64,000 bases of DNA, from NCBI GenBank assembly GCA_963708185.1, contig OY970195.1, positions 96,001 to 160,000 on the forward strand. Reading direction: 5' to 3'. The stretch's first letter is position 1; the number at the start of each line of letters is the position of its first letter. Of this stretch, positions 16,990 to 27,511 are shown piece after piece. The notes beneath the pieces are model-generated. The model was not told the DNA's origin, made no database searches, and saw only the letters and a program-made list of their open reading frames with translations. This DNA is from Candidatus Peregrinibacteria bacterium. Its GTDB lineage: Bacteria > Patescibacteriota > Gracilibacteria > UBA1369. Both the position numbers and the translations under genes were made by a program.

Positions 16990-18595
16990 CCTTCTTTTTT
17001 TCTGAGCCGTCCTTCTGTTCCGGCGGATTTTGCGAAGGTTTTTGCGATGAATCTTTTTCCAACGGCTGTGCCGGTTTGTCATTTGGACCGTTCTCGGAAA
17101 TAAGGCGGTCTGCGACGCCTTTGGCGTCGAGGGTGGTGCCGTAGGTGATGTCGTTCTGTTCGGTATCGCTGAGGTGTCGCTCGATCCATTGGCTCCACGT
17201 TTCGTTCTGTTTTGTACTGGTTTTTGCGACCTGGAGGAACCTTCTGGCGTCGTCGGGACTCTGGTACATCTTGTTGATGTTTTCCATTTTGGAAAAGTAG
17301 CGTTTCCCTCCCTTGTAGAACTGTTCAAGCTGCTGTCGTTCCTCAGGTGCGATTTCCTTCCAGTCCTTTAAAAGCGAGGTGACGTCATTCGCGGTTTCGG
17401 CTCCCATCTTGATGCCTAACGCCGACATGATCCATTTGAGGAACTCCATGAGATACTGTCCGAGATTTTTGAAAACATCGGCAAGGTTGAAAGGTTTGCC
17501 GGCTTGTTCGGTTTGCTGGGCGGCCGTTTCAGCGGTCTGCTGCTCCACCTGTTGTTTGGTCTGGTCTTTGGCCTGGTTTTCGGAAGGGACGTCGATCTTG
17601 CTCCACTGTCCTTCCGGCGAGAGTTCGAAGACTTCATCGGCCTGAGGGTTGAGTTTTTTGACCTCAGCGGCAAGGTAATCGACAACCTTCTGTTTGACGT
17701 CGGCGTCGTCGATGGGCGGCAGCGCTTTTGGGATTTGTTCCTGAAGCGCCTTGTCGAGATCCTTGGCGTCTTTCGGTGCCGTGATGCGGGTTTTGTTGAA
17801 GGTGATGAGCTTGCGGTCGATGAGTTCTTTGGGGCTTAATGTTTTCCCCATAAGATCGGTCTCCTCACCTTCGAGTCTGGTTTTTTCCGTCTTGAGTCCC
17901 AGTGATTCGTCGAAGTTCTTCAGCATGGTCGTATATGAGGCCTGGTCGAGTTGGAGGAACTCCTTGAGTTTTCCAGCCTGCAGGTATCCGTTGGTGATGA
18001 TGTCGGTTTTGGTATACGTGCTGAAGGCCTCGACGACTTCGACAGGTTTGGTGAAAGGGAACTTTTTGCTGTCGAGTGTCTGTTTGAGGTTCGAAAGAAA
18101 ATAGGAAATTTTGTCGTCGAGGGTGTTTTCGGCGAAATTGGTCGTTTTATCCGAATCCCGCCCGGCTTTCTGGAAATAGTCGAAGATGAGATCCTTGGCG
18201 GTCTGCTTGAGGACGTTGACGTTGGTTTCGTCGCCGATGCCGAGATCTTCGAAAGACGGTTTGTATCTGCCGAATTTTTCTTCGACCTTTTCGTTGATTT
18301 TCTTGTGGGCCATGCCGTCGGTCATGCCTGAATCCGCTGCATTGTCGACCCAGCTTTCTTTGGTTCGGGCGTTGACGGCTTCGTCCCGGAGTTTGTTCTG
18401 TCGGTCGTCGATCTCTTTTTTGCGGTCTTTGATTTTCTGGAGACGGTCAAGCCCTTCCTTGCTCATCAAATCCTTCCATTCCAGACGCGCGGAAGCATGG
18501 ACTCCTTCTTCCGGGGTCAGGGGCGCGTTCTTCGCTTCGGGCTGGTTTTGTTTTTCAGCGTTCTCCGGTGCTTTTTGCGGTTGTTCTCCTGCCAT
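16979..18595 (-). CDS. hypothetical protein (538 aa, helical)
   Basis: long ORF with coding-like composition; no recognised motif. Confidence 0.75.
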   Translation of the reverse strand: MAGEQPQKAPENAEKQNQPEAKNAPLTPEEGVHASARLEWKDLMSKEGLDRLQKIKDRKKEIDDRQNKLRDEAVNARTKESWVDNAADSGMTDGMAHKKINEKVEEKFGRYKPSFEDLGIGDETNVNVLKQTAKDLIFDYFQKAGRDSDKTTNFAENTLDDKISYFLSNLKQTLDSKKFPFTKPVEVVEAFSTYTKTDIITNGYLQAGKLKEFLQLDQASYTTMLKNFDESLGLKTEKTRLEGEETDLMGKTLSPKELIDRKLITFNKTRITAPKDAKDLDKALQEQIPKALPPIDDADVKQKVVDYLAAEVKKLNPQADEVFELSPEGQWSKIDVPSENQAKDQTKQQVEQQTAETAAQQTEQAGKPFNLADVFKNLGQYLMEFLKWIMSALGIKMGAETANDVTSLLKDWKEIAPEERQQLEQFYKGGKRYFSKMENINKMYQSPDDARRFLQVAKTSTKQNETWSQWIERHLSDTEQNDITYGTTLDAKGVADRLISENGPNDKPAQPLEKDSSQKPSQNPPEQKDGSEKKKVTS

Positions 18596-18735
18596 AATTT
18601 TGGGTTCAGGTTATCTTGCTATTTTAGCATAAAATCTTGTTTTTATAAAGCCGTTTTGAGGCTCTCGACACCTTTCTTTTTGGTAACAATTGGGCTATTT
18701 TTATGTTATCTCTTACGAGAGCTATTTTTTTGAAT

Positions 18736-19308
18736 ATGGAATCGAAAGATCTGAAAAGCCAGGAACCCGAGATCAACGCACTCGTTCAAAAAGCCCAATC
18801 GGGCAATACGGAGGCTTTTGCCGGTCTTTACGATATTTTTATCCAGCCGGTGTACCGCTATATTTTTTTCAAGGTGTCCAAAGAGGATGCGCTTGATCTG
18901 ACAGAGTCGGTTTTTTTGAAGGTCTGGGAGAATATTAAATCCTACAGCAAGATGAAGGGAGCTTTTTCTTCCTGGGTTTTCAAGATCGCCCATAACGCTG
19001 TCGTGGACTACTACCGTCTCAATCGGGAACACGTTGATCTGGACAGCGTGGTTTTGCCCGATGAAAGCAGGGATTCGGATCCCCGTTTTCTTACTGAGAA
19101 CCGTTTGAATCAGGATTTGCTGAGAAAGGCGTTGGCGAAGTTGAAGAAAAAGTATCAGGACGTCCTGCTGCTTCGTTTCGTCAACGGGCTGGAGCATCGG
19201 GAAATTGCCAGGATCATGCGCAGAAGCGAGGGAAGTTTGAGGATTTTGAAGTTTAGAGCTTTACAAGAATTGAAGAAAGTGTTGAAAGATATGAATATCA
19301 GGTTTTGA
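18736..19308 (+). CDS. ECF sigma-70 family RNA polymerase sigma factor
   Basis: AFAGLYD, DLTESVFLKVW, FSSWVFKIAHN, region 4 EIARIMRRSEGSLR. Confidence 0.95.
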   Translation: MESKDLKSQEPEINALVQKAQSGNTEAFAGLYDIFIQPVYRYIFFKVSKEDALDLTESVFLKVWENIKSYSKMKGAFSSWVFKIAHNAVVDYYRLNREHVDLDSVVLPDESRDSDPRFLTENRLNQDLLRKALAKLKKKYQDVLLLRFVNGLEHREIARIMRRSEGSLRILKFRALQELKKVLKDMNIRF

Positions 19309-19311
19309 TTT

Positions 19312-19337
19312 TGTAACGAAAATGTTTTCTTAACGTA
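19312..19337 (+). promoter_or_regulatory. ECF-type promoter for the downstream anti-sigma gene
   Basis: TGTAAC-N16-CGTA, matching the SigX/SigW-type consensus. Confidence 0.75.
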
Positions 19338-19365
19338 TTAGAAAGCGCTTACCCACACTGAACCT

Positions 19366-21450
19366 ATGTCGTTCTGGAATCGTCAACAATTCGATCACGA
19401 TGAACTTGAAGAGCTTGGCAACGAGCTGCGACAGCTTGGTGCGGTTGAACTTCCCGCAAAGCAGAAGCAGGCTTTGAAGCGCCAGCTTTTTTCTGCTCTC
19501 GACCAAAAGACTGAGGAGCATCTGATGCCGCAGAGTTTGAGAATTCTGGGTTCGAGGATTCAGGAAGTGGGGGAGAAGACGTCGTTGAGCATTTCGCAGA
19601 AAGTGAAGCTCCGTGAACGCCTTTTGTCGTTCATTCGCCAGACTAACTGGCTGGGCATCACTTCCGGACCTTTCAGAAATCCGAGATTTTTAAAAACGGC
19701 GGTAAGCAGCACATTACTGCTGTTTTTTGTCGTTACGACTGTTTTGATTTTCCCGCTTCAGGTCCCTTTGACCTATGCCGCGCGGCTGACGTACATTGAC
19801 GACGTCTCCGGCCAGGCTTTCGTTCTTCGTTCGGGCCAGCTCATGGAAGCCAAGAAAGATTTTTCCCTTGCGGAGGGCGACGTGCTCATCACCAAAGACA
19901 ACAGTTCCATAACGGTACGTTTTTTTGACGACAGCGTCAGCCGTCTCGATTCGAACACGCAGCTCGAGGTCACCAGGTTGTATTCCGAACCGTTCAACCC
20001 CGTGGCGACCCAGGTCGAACTGAATCTTGAAGACGGTCATATCTGGACGAGAGTGCTGAATCTCATTGATGAAAATTCTCATTTTATTGTTTCCACCCAG
20101 GGAACATCGGCCATCGTGACGAAGAAGGCCGCTTTCGATTTACAAACCCATGTCTACAGCACCACGCTTTCCGTGTTCGATAATGTGGTGGATTTCGCCT
20201 TCGGTAAAAATTTCACGACGGAAACCCGGCCGGTCCTTGCAGGATATCAGGCTCAGGTTTCCCAACAAAATGGTACGAACGTCGCGACAATCGTACCGGT
20301 GGCCCAGGGAATGCAGGGGAATAAAGCCGCGGCGCAGTGGGTTGAATCGAACATCGCCAAAGACAAGGTCCATACCGAAGTCCTGGCCCAGGAAAACCAA
20401 CAGGCCCTGACCGACGGTTCAAACTCCGGCATGGCGGACGTCGTCCAGAGCGACAGCGATTCTTCAGGGATTTCTACGCTGAGCAATCCGGATATCGAGC
20501 AGCAACGTCTGCATTTCCTTGACGCTTATCAGCGTCTGCTTTTGGGTGAAACCTATCTGATGCGTCAGCAGGGCAAAGACGGCATGCAGCTCGTTCTGGA
20601 GTTCGAATCCGTCGTCCGTTCCATCATGACGCAGTATCCCGCCTTCGAGCAGGAAGATCCTTTGAACGCGAATCTTTTATACTCGATCATTCAGTCCAAG
20701 ATCGACCAGCAGCGGAAAGATCTCGTCACTTTGCTGCCGGGCGATGCTTTATATCCGGTCAAGGAAGAGCTCGACAAGACGGTTCTGTATCTGTCGGGCA
20801 GCGATGTGGAAAAGGCCAAGATGCAGCTTTCGCAATCCGAGGACAAACTGCTTGAGGTCCAGGATCTGCTCGCCAAGTCCAAGTTTGAACAGGCCCAGGC
20901 CGTATTGGTCCGTTACCAGCGTCAGATCGATAACCTGACGCTCAAGGTCAACGAAGGTAATGCTTCGGAACTGCAGGATAAACTCGTTTCACTCTTCAAC
21001 CAGCAGATCGAACAGATTAAAGTTTTGACCTCCATTGAAAAATCACTGTTCGAGACGCAGTCCGATCTCATCAAACAGATCCGTGACCTGCGCCAGCAAT
21101 TACTCGAAAAGCTCATGACGGCCATGGAAAAAGTTGACGGCGATCTTCCGGTCTCTTTGATTCAGGAACTGCGCGATCTGTTGCAGACGTACGTCGATAA
21201 CGGCGCTTATGACCACAGTTTCGTGGAACTCCTCAACAAGATGCTTCTGAAATACGGCAAGGACGCCGTGAACGGAAAATCTTCTTCTTCACTTCCGGAT
21301 TCTCTCGGTGTCGTCACGATCGTTGAAGATGACGCCACTCCTCCCGTGGATGCGGCTGCACCTCAGCAGGAACAGTCACTACTGACACAACAAGACTGCA
21401 CAGGGACGGAACAGTGTAATCCGGGGACTCCGTTGCAGGAAGGGGTTTAG
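19366..21450 (+). CDS. putative anti-sigma factor (TM helix, FecR-like domain, helical DUF5667-like region)
   Basis: LAEGDVLIT...FFDDSVSRLDSNT FecR-like segment; LPGDALYPVKE motif; follows the ECF sigma gene. Confidence 0.7.
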   Translation: MSFWNRQQFDHDELEELGNELRQLGAVELPAKQKQALKRQLFSALDQKTEEHLMPQSLRILGSRIQEVGEKTSLSISQKVKLRERLLSFIRQTNWLGITSGPFRNPRFLKTAVSSTLLLFFVVTTVLIFPLQVPLTYAARLTYIDDVSGQAFVLRSGQLMEAKKDFSLAEGDVLITKDNSSITVRFFDDSVSRLDSNTQLEVTRLYSEPFNPVATQVELNLEDGHIWTRVLNLIDENSHFIVSTQGTSAIVTKKAAFDLQTHVYSTTLSVFDNVVDFAFGKNFTTETRPVLAGYQAQVSQQNGTNVATIVPVAQGMQGNKAAAQWVESNIAKDKVHTEVLAQENQQALTDGSNSGMADVVQSDSDSSGISTLSNPDIEQQRLHFLDAYQRLLLGETYLMRQQGKDGMQLVLEFESVVRSIMTQYPAFEQEDPLNANLLYSIIQSKIDQQRKDLVTLLPGDALYPVKEELDKTVLYLSGSDVEKAKMQLSQSEDKLLEVQDLLAKSKFEQAQAVLVRYQRQIDNLTLKVNEGNASELQDKLVSLFNQQIEQIKVLTSIEKSLFETQSDLIKQIRDLRQQLLEKLMTAMEKVDGDLPVSLIQELRDLLQTYVDNGAYDHSFVELLNKMLLKYGKDAVNGKSSSSLPDSLGVVTIVEDDATPPVDAAAPQQEQSLLTQQDCTGTEQCNPGTPLQEGV

Positions 21451-22517
21451 ACTCCGATGGCGAGGAGTCCGAGAATGACGCCGAGTGTGGCAAAGAATCC
21501 TCCGATGATCCAGAAACGCATGACGATGTTCGGCTCAGACCATCCGGATTTTTCAAAGTGGTGGTGAATGGGCGCGATCTTAAACACTTTGCGTTTGAGG
21601 AATTTTTTCGAAGCCAGTTGGATGATGACGGACACGGTTTCGACGACGAAGACAAAGCCGATGATCGGTAAAACCGCCACGGAATCCGTCATCATGGCGA
21701 TGACACCGAGCGTCGCCCCGAGCGATATGGCTCCGGTATCGCCCATGTAAAAGTGCGCCGGGAAAATGTTGAACCATAAGAATCCAAGCAGTGAGCCCAC
21801 GATGACCGCACAGAACGCCGATAGAATGAAGAGTCCTTTGGCGAAGGCGAGAATGGCGAAAGCACCGAAGGCGATGACAAGCAGGCCGCCGGCAAGGCCG
21901 TCCAGTCCGTCGGTGATGTTGACGGCGTTGGCGGTGGACGTAATAACGAGGATGAAGAGGGGGATGTACCAGATTCCGATGGTGATGTCTCCCATGCCCG
22001 GAATATGGATTTGATCGTATCCCAGACGGTAGTGAAACCATAAGGCGCCCAGGGTCGCCAGAAGGGTCAGCCAGAAAAATTTCGGTTTGATGTTGAGGCC
22101 TTTGCTTTTTCCCGCGCCTTTAAGGTTCAGGTAATCGTCGACGGCTCCCAGGATGGCCGTCGCTACCAGCGTGAGGATGGGGAGAAGGGTCTCCTCGCGG
22201 TTGAAGAGCGAATGTTCCGTGATATGGAGTTCGGTGGAAAGACCCGAAAGCAGTATGACGATCAAGGCCGTTCCCCAGATCAAAATACCTCCCATGGTGG
22301 GGGTTCCGGCTTTTTTGGAATGCAGTTCCTGGAAGATGGTGGCTTTTTCTCCGCTTGAAGCTATTTCGCGAAGTTGTTTGCCGACTTTGTATTTATGGAG
22401 GACCTTGATGAATTTCGGGGCGACGATGATGGTGATGACGAACGCCGCTATCTGCGAACCGAAGATCAATGAGAGATTGCGGATCGTGAGCGAGAAATCA
22501 CCGTTCAGGAGCATCAT
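21447..22517 (-). CDS. mraY: phospho-N-acetylmuramoyl-pentapeptide transferase
   Basis: KAGTPTMGG, DDY, NAVNITDGLDGL, MGDTG, APIHHHFE. Confidence 0.98.
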   Translation of the reverse strand: MMLLNGDFSLTIRNLSLIFGSQIAAFVITIIVAPKFIKVLHKYKVGKQLREIASSGEKATIFQELHSKKAGTPTMGGILIWGTALIVILLSGLSTELHITEHSLFNREETLLPILTLVATAILGAVDDYLNLKGAGKSKGLNIKPKFFWLTLLATLGALWFHYRLGYDQIHIPGMGDITIGIWYIPLFILVITSTANAVNITDGLDGLAGGLLVIAFGAFAILAFAKGLFILSAFCAVIVGSLLGFLWFNIFPAHFYMGDTGAISLGATLGVIAMMTDSVAVLPIIGFVFVVETVSVIIQLASKKFLKRKVFKIAPIHHHFEKSGWSEPNIVMRFWIIGGFFATLGVILGLLAIGV

Positions 22518-22520
22518 ACG

Positions 22521-23402
22521 TTAAGACCAGTTAAAGGTGCGGAAAACCCAATCCGCAAGCAGTTTGGTTTCACTATAGCGCGAAGTGCTTCCCAAAACCA
22601 CAGTGAGAATATCATTGCCTTTGCCGTTTTCAATAATGGCGATGAGGCATTCTCCTGCCAGGTCGGTCGTTCCGGTCTTCAGCCCGAGGACTTTGAGATA
22701 GCTGTCGAGAAGGTCGTTGGTGCTTTTGAGTTCATGGGTGAGCCTGCCGTTGGTGGAACTGATTTGCATGTCCTTGATGACGACGGCTTTGCGCACGAAA
22801 CTTTTACCGTAGGCGTAACGTCCGAGAATGGAGAGGTCGTAGGCGCTGGAGTAGTTTCCGGTTTCGTCGAGGCCGACCGGATTGCTGAAATGGGTATCGT
22901 GAAGGCCGAGTTCCTGTGCTTTCTGGTTCATTTTGGCGACAAAGTTTTCAACGGAACCGGCGTTGTATTCCGCCAACGCGTATGCCGCGTCGTTTGCCGA
23001 CGGAATGAGTGCCGCGTAGAGGAGGTTTTCCACGGTGATTTTTTCACCCGGAGTCAGCCAGACCTTTGATCCTTCGACCTGGGAGGCTTCCTTGGACACC
23101 GTGACGACATCGTTGAGTTTGTTCTCTTCCAGGATGATGGAAACGGTCATGAGCTTGGTGAGGCTGGCGATCGAACGGTGTTCAAAAGCGTTTTGTTCGT
23201 AAAGAGGCATACCGTTTTTCAAATCGACGGCCATGACGGATTTTGCTTCGATAACCGGAGCAATGCTTGCCGGGTCGTGTTCGGGAAGCGCCGTGGCTTC
23301 CAGCAAGGTGGAGCTGTCCCAGGAGTTGATGTTGTTGTCGCCGGGAAGGCCAGCGCCAAGCAGTTTCGTTGATGCGTATAAACTCAGCAGTGCAGTCAGC
23401 AT
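22521..23402 (-). CDS. D-alanyl-D-alanine carboxypeptidase (peptidase S11)
   Basis: SLTK (SxxK), SAN (SxN), KTG motifs. Confidence 0.93.
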   Translation of the reverse strand: MLTALLSLYASTKLLGAGLPGDNNINSWDSSTLLEATALPEHDPASIAPVIEAKSVMAVDLKNGMPLYEQNAFEHRSIASLTKLMTVSIILEENKLNDVVTVSKEASQVEGSKVWLTPGEKITVENLLYAALIPSANDAAYALAEYNAGSVENFVAKMNQKAQELGLHDTHFSNPVGLDETGNYSSAYDLSILGRYAYGKSFVRKAVVIKDMQISSTNGRLTHELKSTNDLLDSYLKVLGLKTGTTDLAGECLIAIIENGKGNDILTVVLGSTSRYSETKLLADWVFRTFNWS

Positions 23403-23411
23403 ACGTGCAAA

Positions 23412-24899
23412 CTAGGTGTTATTTTCTTGTGACGACGTCTGTTCGGAGCCGGTGTCGGTTTTCGGTGCCACCAGGTACGGCAGCACGTTGAACGGATTCT
23501 GCAATCTGTTCTTGAGATAGTCCTCCCCGATTTCAATGACGACCTGCGTTCCGGCTTTTTTATCGGAATCGAGGTATGAAGCCGGGATTCCGGCAACCTC
23601 CTTGAAGTTGAGGAATTTGGCGATGAGGTCGACGACAGCGGGTTTTTCACCCTTCGGGCCCGGCTGGTAGTAAACGGTCGTGTCGGTGTGGTCTTTGGTG
23701 TCGGCGTTGCCGTAGTAGACAACGTTGAAGCAGAGGCGATCGAGGTAGTCGGTGACTTCGCCGGCAAGGTTGCCGGTGGAGGTTCCGTTGAGGACCTGGA
23801 TCGGCGTTTCGCTTTCCATGGCGTCGGCATGATTGAAGATGAGATCAGTCATTTCGTTGATGCTGTCGTAATTTTTTCCGGCGGGGAGCAGGACGAAGGC
23901 TCCCGAAAAATATTCACGGGCTGGTGTGTACAGGAATCCTCCGCATGATGTCGGGTCGTCGCTCAGGACGTGCGTCGAAATGTTTTCTTTGCCGAAGTCC
24001 TTGGAGATCTTGGCGAGCTGGATGATTTCGTCGACGGTGAAGTTCGTCTCCACGCTGTCTTTGAGCGAGTCGTAAATGGCCTGGATTTTTGAAGGATCGG
24101 TGAGGATGTTGAGGCTGAGGGCTTTTTCTTTGATGGCGGTCAGAAGCTGTTGCTGGCGTTTCGCACGATCAAAGTCACTCGTCGTTTTGCGGCTCCGGGC
24201 GTATTTCAGTGCCGTGGCTCCGTCGAGGTGCTGGGGGCCGGCTTTAATGGAAAACGTCTGGTAATGAGTGGTTTCTCCGAGCGGATAGTATGGATCGTAA
24301 ATGTCTTTTTCCACGACGACGTCAACGCCTCCGATACTGTCGACGATTTTTTCGAAACCAGAAAAATCAACTTTGGCGTAGTAGTCGATCTTCAGGCCGG
24401 TGATTCCGCTGGCGATTTCGGTGAGCGCTTCCATGCCCGCCTGGGAATTGATTTTGCTTTTGCCGACGGAGTAGATCTGGTTGATGCGTTCACCGGTTTG
24501 AAGCTTGCCGCTTTTGACGTAAAGGTCGCGGGGAATGGAAAGCATGGAGACCATCTTTTTGTCGTAATCTATGCTGGCCACGATGATGGTGTCGGTCAGG
24601 TTTCCGCCGTCATGACCTTCGCCGCCGATGCCTGCGAGAAGAATGTTGGTTCGTCCGTTGGCGTCGGTGCGGAGGTTCTTGCCGAATGAGAAAATGATGC
24701 CTGAAAAGTCCAGGCTCTTCATAAGGCTGAAGATGCCGAAAAGCAGCAATGCCACGACCACAAGACCGATGCCGATGGTGATGAACTGGGCTTTTTCCTT
24801 GCCGGTTTTTCCGGAGGAGTTTGATGGATGTTGGGATGGGTGTTTGCGGTGATCTTTGCGGTGGTCGTCAGGGCGGATTTTTTTTCTTTTCAATTCCAT
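23412..24899 (-). CDS. LCP (LytR-CpsA-Psr) family protein with LytR_C domain
   Basis: LTDTII, LSIPRDL, YARSR, DFDRAKRQQ, VLNGT. Confidence 0.92.
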   Translation of the reverse strand: MELKRKKIRPDDHRKDHRKHPSQHPSNSSGKTGKEKAQFITIGIGLVVVALLLFGIFSLMKSLDFSGIIFSFGKNLRTDANGRTNILLAGIGGEGHDGGNLTDTIIVASIDYDKKMVSMLSIPRDLYVKSGKLQTGERINQIYSVGKSKINSQAGMEALTEIASGITGLKIDYYAKVDFSGFEKIVDSIGGVDVVVEKDIYDPYYPLGETTHYQTFSIKAGPQHLDGATALKYARSRKTTSDFDRAKRQQQLLTAIKEKALSLNILTDPSKIQAIYDSLKDSVETNFTVDEIIQLAKISKDFGKENISTHVLSDDPTSCGGFLYTPAREYFSGAFVLLPAGKNYDSINEMTDLIFNHADAMESETPIQVLNGTSTGNLAGEVTDYLDRLCFNVVYYGNADTKDHTDTTVYYQPGPKGEKPAVVDLIAKFLNFKEVAGIPASYLDSDKKAGTQVVIEIGEDYLKNRLQNPFNVLPYLVAPKTDTGSEQTSSQENNT

Positions 24900-24979
24900 G
24901 GCAACAAAAAAAATAACAAAAAAGGTTTAGCGGGGTCTCCACTATTGTAGACTTTTTTTTGGGAAAAAATAGTTGATTT

Positions 24980-27505
24980 TTAGGTCGAAAGCAGCAAAGT
25001 CAATTTCAGTGCACCTTCATTGTCTACGTGAAGCCCGATACCTACCGTGGTCCAGGTGGGTGAGGCGGCTTCCGTTGAGCTGAAAATTTCGTTGGCGAGA
25101 CCGGACTCGGTTTTGGATTCCAGGATGTAGATCTGGACGGGCTGGTTGGTGATGGCTTTTTGAATGTTTCCCGCCAACGAGCTTCCGTCCGGAGCAACGA
25201 AGTCGAAAAATTTCTGTGTCGCCATGAGGCTGCTCCAGTTGTCGGCGATGCTTTCAAGCGTTGAATTGGTGATGATGTCCGGTACGCCGCTGCTTTGGCG
25301 TTGCTGGTTGATCTTCGTTTTGAGGTGGGTCTTCATGGTGTTGAGGGCGGCTGCATCGAGCGGGGTCGTGGAAAACTCTTCCACCACAATGAAGTAGTTG
25401 TCGCTGGTTTTGGTGATGCCCAACCCCACGCGGGTCCACGACGGTTCGAGGATGTTCATTCGGTGCACCGCGCTGCGCATCAGTCCGTTGTGGGCATAGA
25501 GCAGGTTCGGAGCGGTAGCAAGATTTTCCCCGACTTCCGTGGTTATCCCCAAGGCGAGCCTGCGGTCGTCGGGAGTCTGTCCGTCCGGCGAGACGTGCCC
25601 GAAGTATCCCCGGTTCCACATGTCGTCGGAATGATTTTGGGCGAGGGTGTTGAGGGAACTGTCGGCGCTTACGGGAGCCAGTCCGTATTTGGTGCGTTCC
25701 TGATTGATGAGTTTGAGCAGGTTGTTGATGAGAATGTTGGTGCTCGTGTTGGTATCGGGGACGGTGGAGTTCACAAGGTCAAAAAAATCGGGGATGAGCG
25801 GGATGCCATTGCCCACGTATACCGGCGTGTTGATGACGGCGAGTCCGTTTTTGCCGTTGATCTCAACGATGTACGTTCCGTTTGAAGGAGCCGGATAGGT
25901 GAAGCTGTAGTTGCCTCCCGAGGGGATGACCGGTGAGTTGAGATTGGTCGTTGTCGTCGAATTGGTTTGGAGTTGCAGAAAATCCACCAGCCCGTCCGGT
26001 TTGATGACCGCAGCTTCCTGGTAAATATCCGAAATCGCCGTGCCGGATATGGTAATCGTTCCCGGACCATTCATGATTTCAGGAAGGGAATTGTAGGCAA
26101 TGAGATCAGGATGCGTTTCACTAAACGTATGCTGGGTGGCGGTGAAGGTTTGAGCATCGCTGCTGGTCCACGCCGTATCAATGGTCAGAGGTTTGATCTG
26201 CGCGGCTTTGGCACTCTGGACGTAGAAAGAGATCTGTCCCGGCTTGAAGTTCTGGAAGTCGTTGTAGATGGCGTCGAAGCTTTTGATGTTCTGGCGGCTG
26301 AAAAACGTTTTGCTCAGGCTGCCCTCGGTGAAGGTTATTTTTGTGAGGTTGTCGGTCCCGTTGTTCCAACTGAAAGTGGTCTTTTGTTTATTGTACTGGG
26401 CTTTGAGATTCGTCGGTATTGTCGAGGTGGTTTTGGAAACAGCGTTTGGGAGACTTGGAAGAACGCTGATTTCAACGTATTTGCTTTGGGTGGTGTTGCC
26501 GGGAACGATGCCGAGTTTGTAGTTCCCCGGGTTGCGGAAAATAACGGGGATGGAAAAGGATCCGTTCGTGATGTTGTCGGAAGTATTTTCAAAATCTTCG
26601 GTGACGTCGTCGTTGAGGAAAACGAAGGCCGTGTCGTACGTCCCGCTGTTGATCTGCCCGCTGAAGGTATAGAGTTCGTCGGTGTAAAACGTGTTGGGAA
26701 AATCCTCGTTGAGGGTGATGTTGTTGAAATACGTCTTGGTGTAGTTTTTATAGCTTACCGGGGTGAAGCTGGCTGCGGCCGCCGGCGTGACGGAAGCGGG
26801 GGTTTCAAAAATGTTGGGAAGCGGTTCGGGAACTTCATCAATGAGGTCAGGACTGTAGGTTTGCTTTCCGGTGACCTGGGTGACAAGACTGCGGAAAAGG
26901 ATTTCGCTGGTCTTGGCGCGGGAAAGGCTGGCCGAAGGAATGAAATAGTTTCCGCTTTCCTCGAGAAAGTTGTGCCATTTGGCGTAGGCGACAAACGGCG
27001 TATACCATGCGGTTGTAGCGGTGTCCTTGAAAGGCGTTTCGTAAATGGTGGGAATCTGCCAGCCCTGGATCTCGGCGATCATCTTCAATCCCTCCACCTT
27101 GTTGACGCTCTGGTCGGGTTTGAAAGTGTTGTCGGGATATCCCTGGACCCAACCCTCCTGTTTCGCTTTGCGGAGGTAGGGCGCGTACCAGGCGTTTTCG
27201 TCGACGTCCTTGAATCCGCTCGGCGTGGTGACGTCCAGTTTGACGTCCGAACTTAAAAGGGCCAGCTTGAGAAATTCAACGCGTGATACCGGTTTGTCCG
27301 GCTGGAACGTTCCGTCGGGGTATCCGCTGATGATGTTGTTTTTCGCCAGGAATTCGATGGCCGTCGCGTTGCGGTTTACGTCCGAAACATCACTGAAGGT
27401 CTGGGCGAAAGCGGTGGGAAGCAGATTGAAAAACAGTACCGTCAGGGTCACGGCGCTCATCAAACGGTTTGCCGTTTTCAGGGGGCTTCGCTGAAATTTT
27501 TCCAT
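24980..27505 (-). CDS. secreted SLH-domain protein with C-terminal CAP (SCP) domains
   Basis: three SLH repeats (ISGYPDGTFQPD...SRVE); CAP motifs LINQER, HSDDM, GENLA, HRMNIL, VGLG; a second degenerate CAP. Confidence 0.88.
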   Translation of the reverse strand: MEKFQRSPLKTANRLMSAVTLTVLFFNLLPTAFAQTFSDVSDVNRNATAIEFLAKNNIISGYPDGTFQPDKPVSRVEFLKLALLSSDVKLDVTTPSGFKDVDENAWYAPYLRKAKQEGWVQGYPDNTFKPDQSVNKVEGLKMIAEIQGWQIPTIYETPFKDTATTAWYTPFVAYAKWHNFLEESGNYFIPSASLSRAKTSEILFRSLVTQVTGKQTYSPDLIDEVPEPLPNIFETPASVTPAAAASFTPVSYKNYTKTYFNNITLNEDFPNTFYTDELYTFSGQINSGTYDTAFVFLNDDVTEDFENTSDNITNGSFSIPVIFRNPGNYKLGIVPGNTTQSKYVEISVLPSLPNAVSKTTSTIPTNLKAQYNKQKTTFSWNNGTDNLTKITFTEGSLSKTFFSRQNIKSFDAIYNDFQNFKPGQISFYVQSAKAAQIKPLTIDTAWTSSDAQTFTATQHTFSETHPDLIAYNSLPEIMNGPGTITISGTAISDIYQEAAVIKPDGLVDFLQLQTNSTTTTNLNSPVIPSGGNYSFTYPAPSNGTYIVEINGKNGLAVINTPVYVGNGIPLIPDFFDLVNSTVPDTNTSTNILINNLLKLINQERTKYGLAPVSADSSLNTLAQNHSDDMWNRGYFGHVSPDGQTPDDRRLALGITTEVGENLATAPNLLYAHNGLMRSAVHRMNILEPSWTRVGLGITKTSDNYFIVVEEFSTTPLDAAALNTMKTHLKTKINQQRQSSGVPDIITNSTLESIADNWSSLMATQKFFDFVAPDGSSLAGNIQKAITNQPVQIYILESKTESGLANEIFSSTEAASPTWTTVGIGLHVDNEGALKLTLLLST

Positions 27506-27511
27506 GATGGA

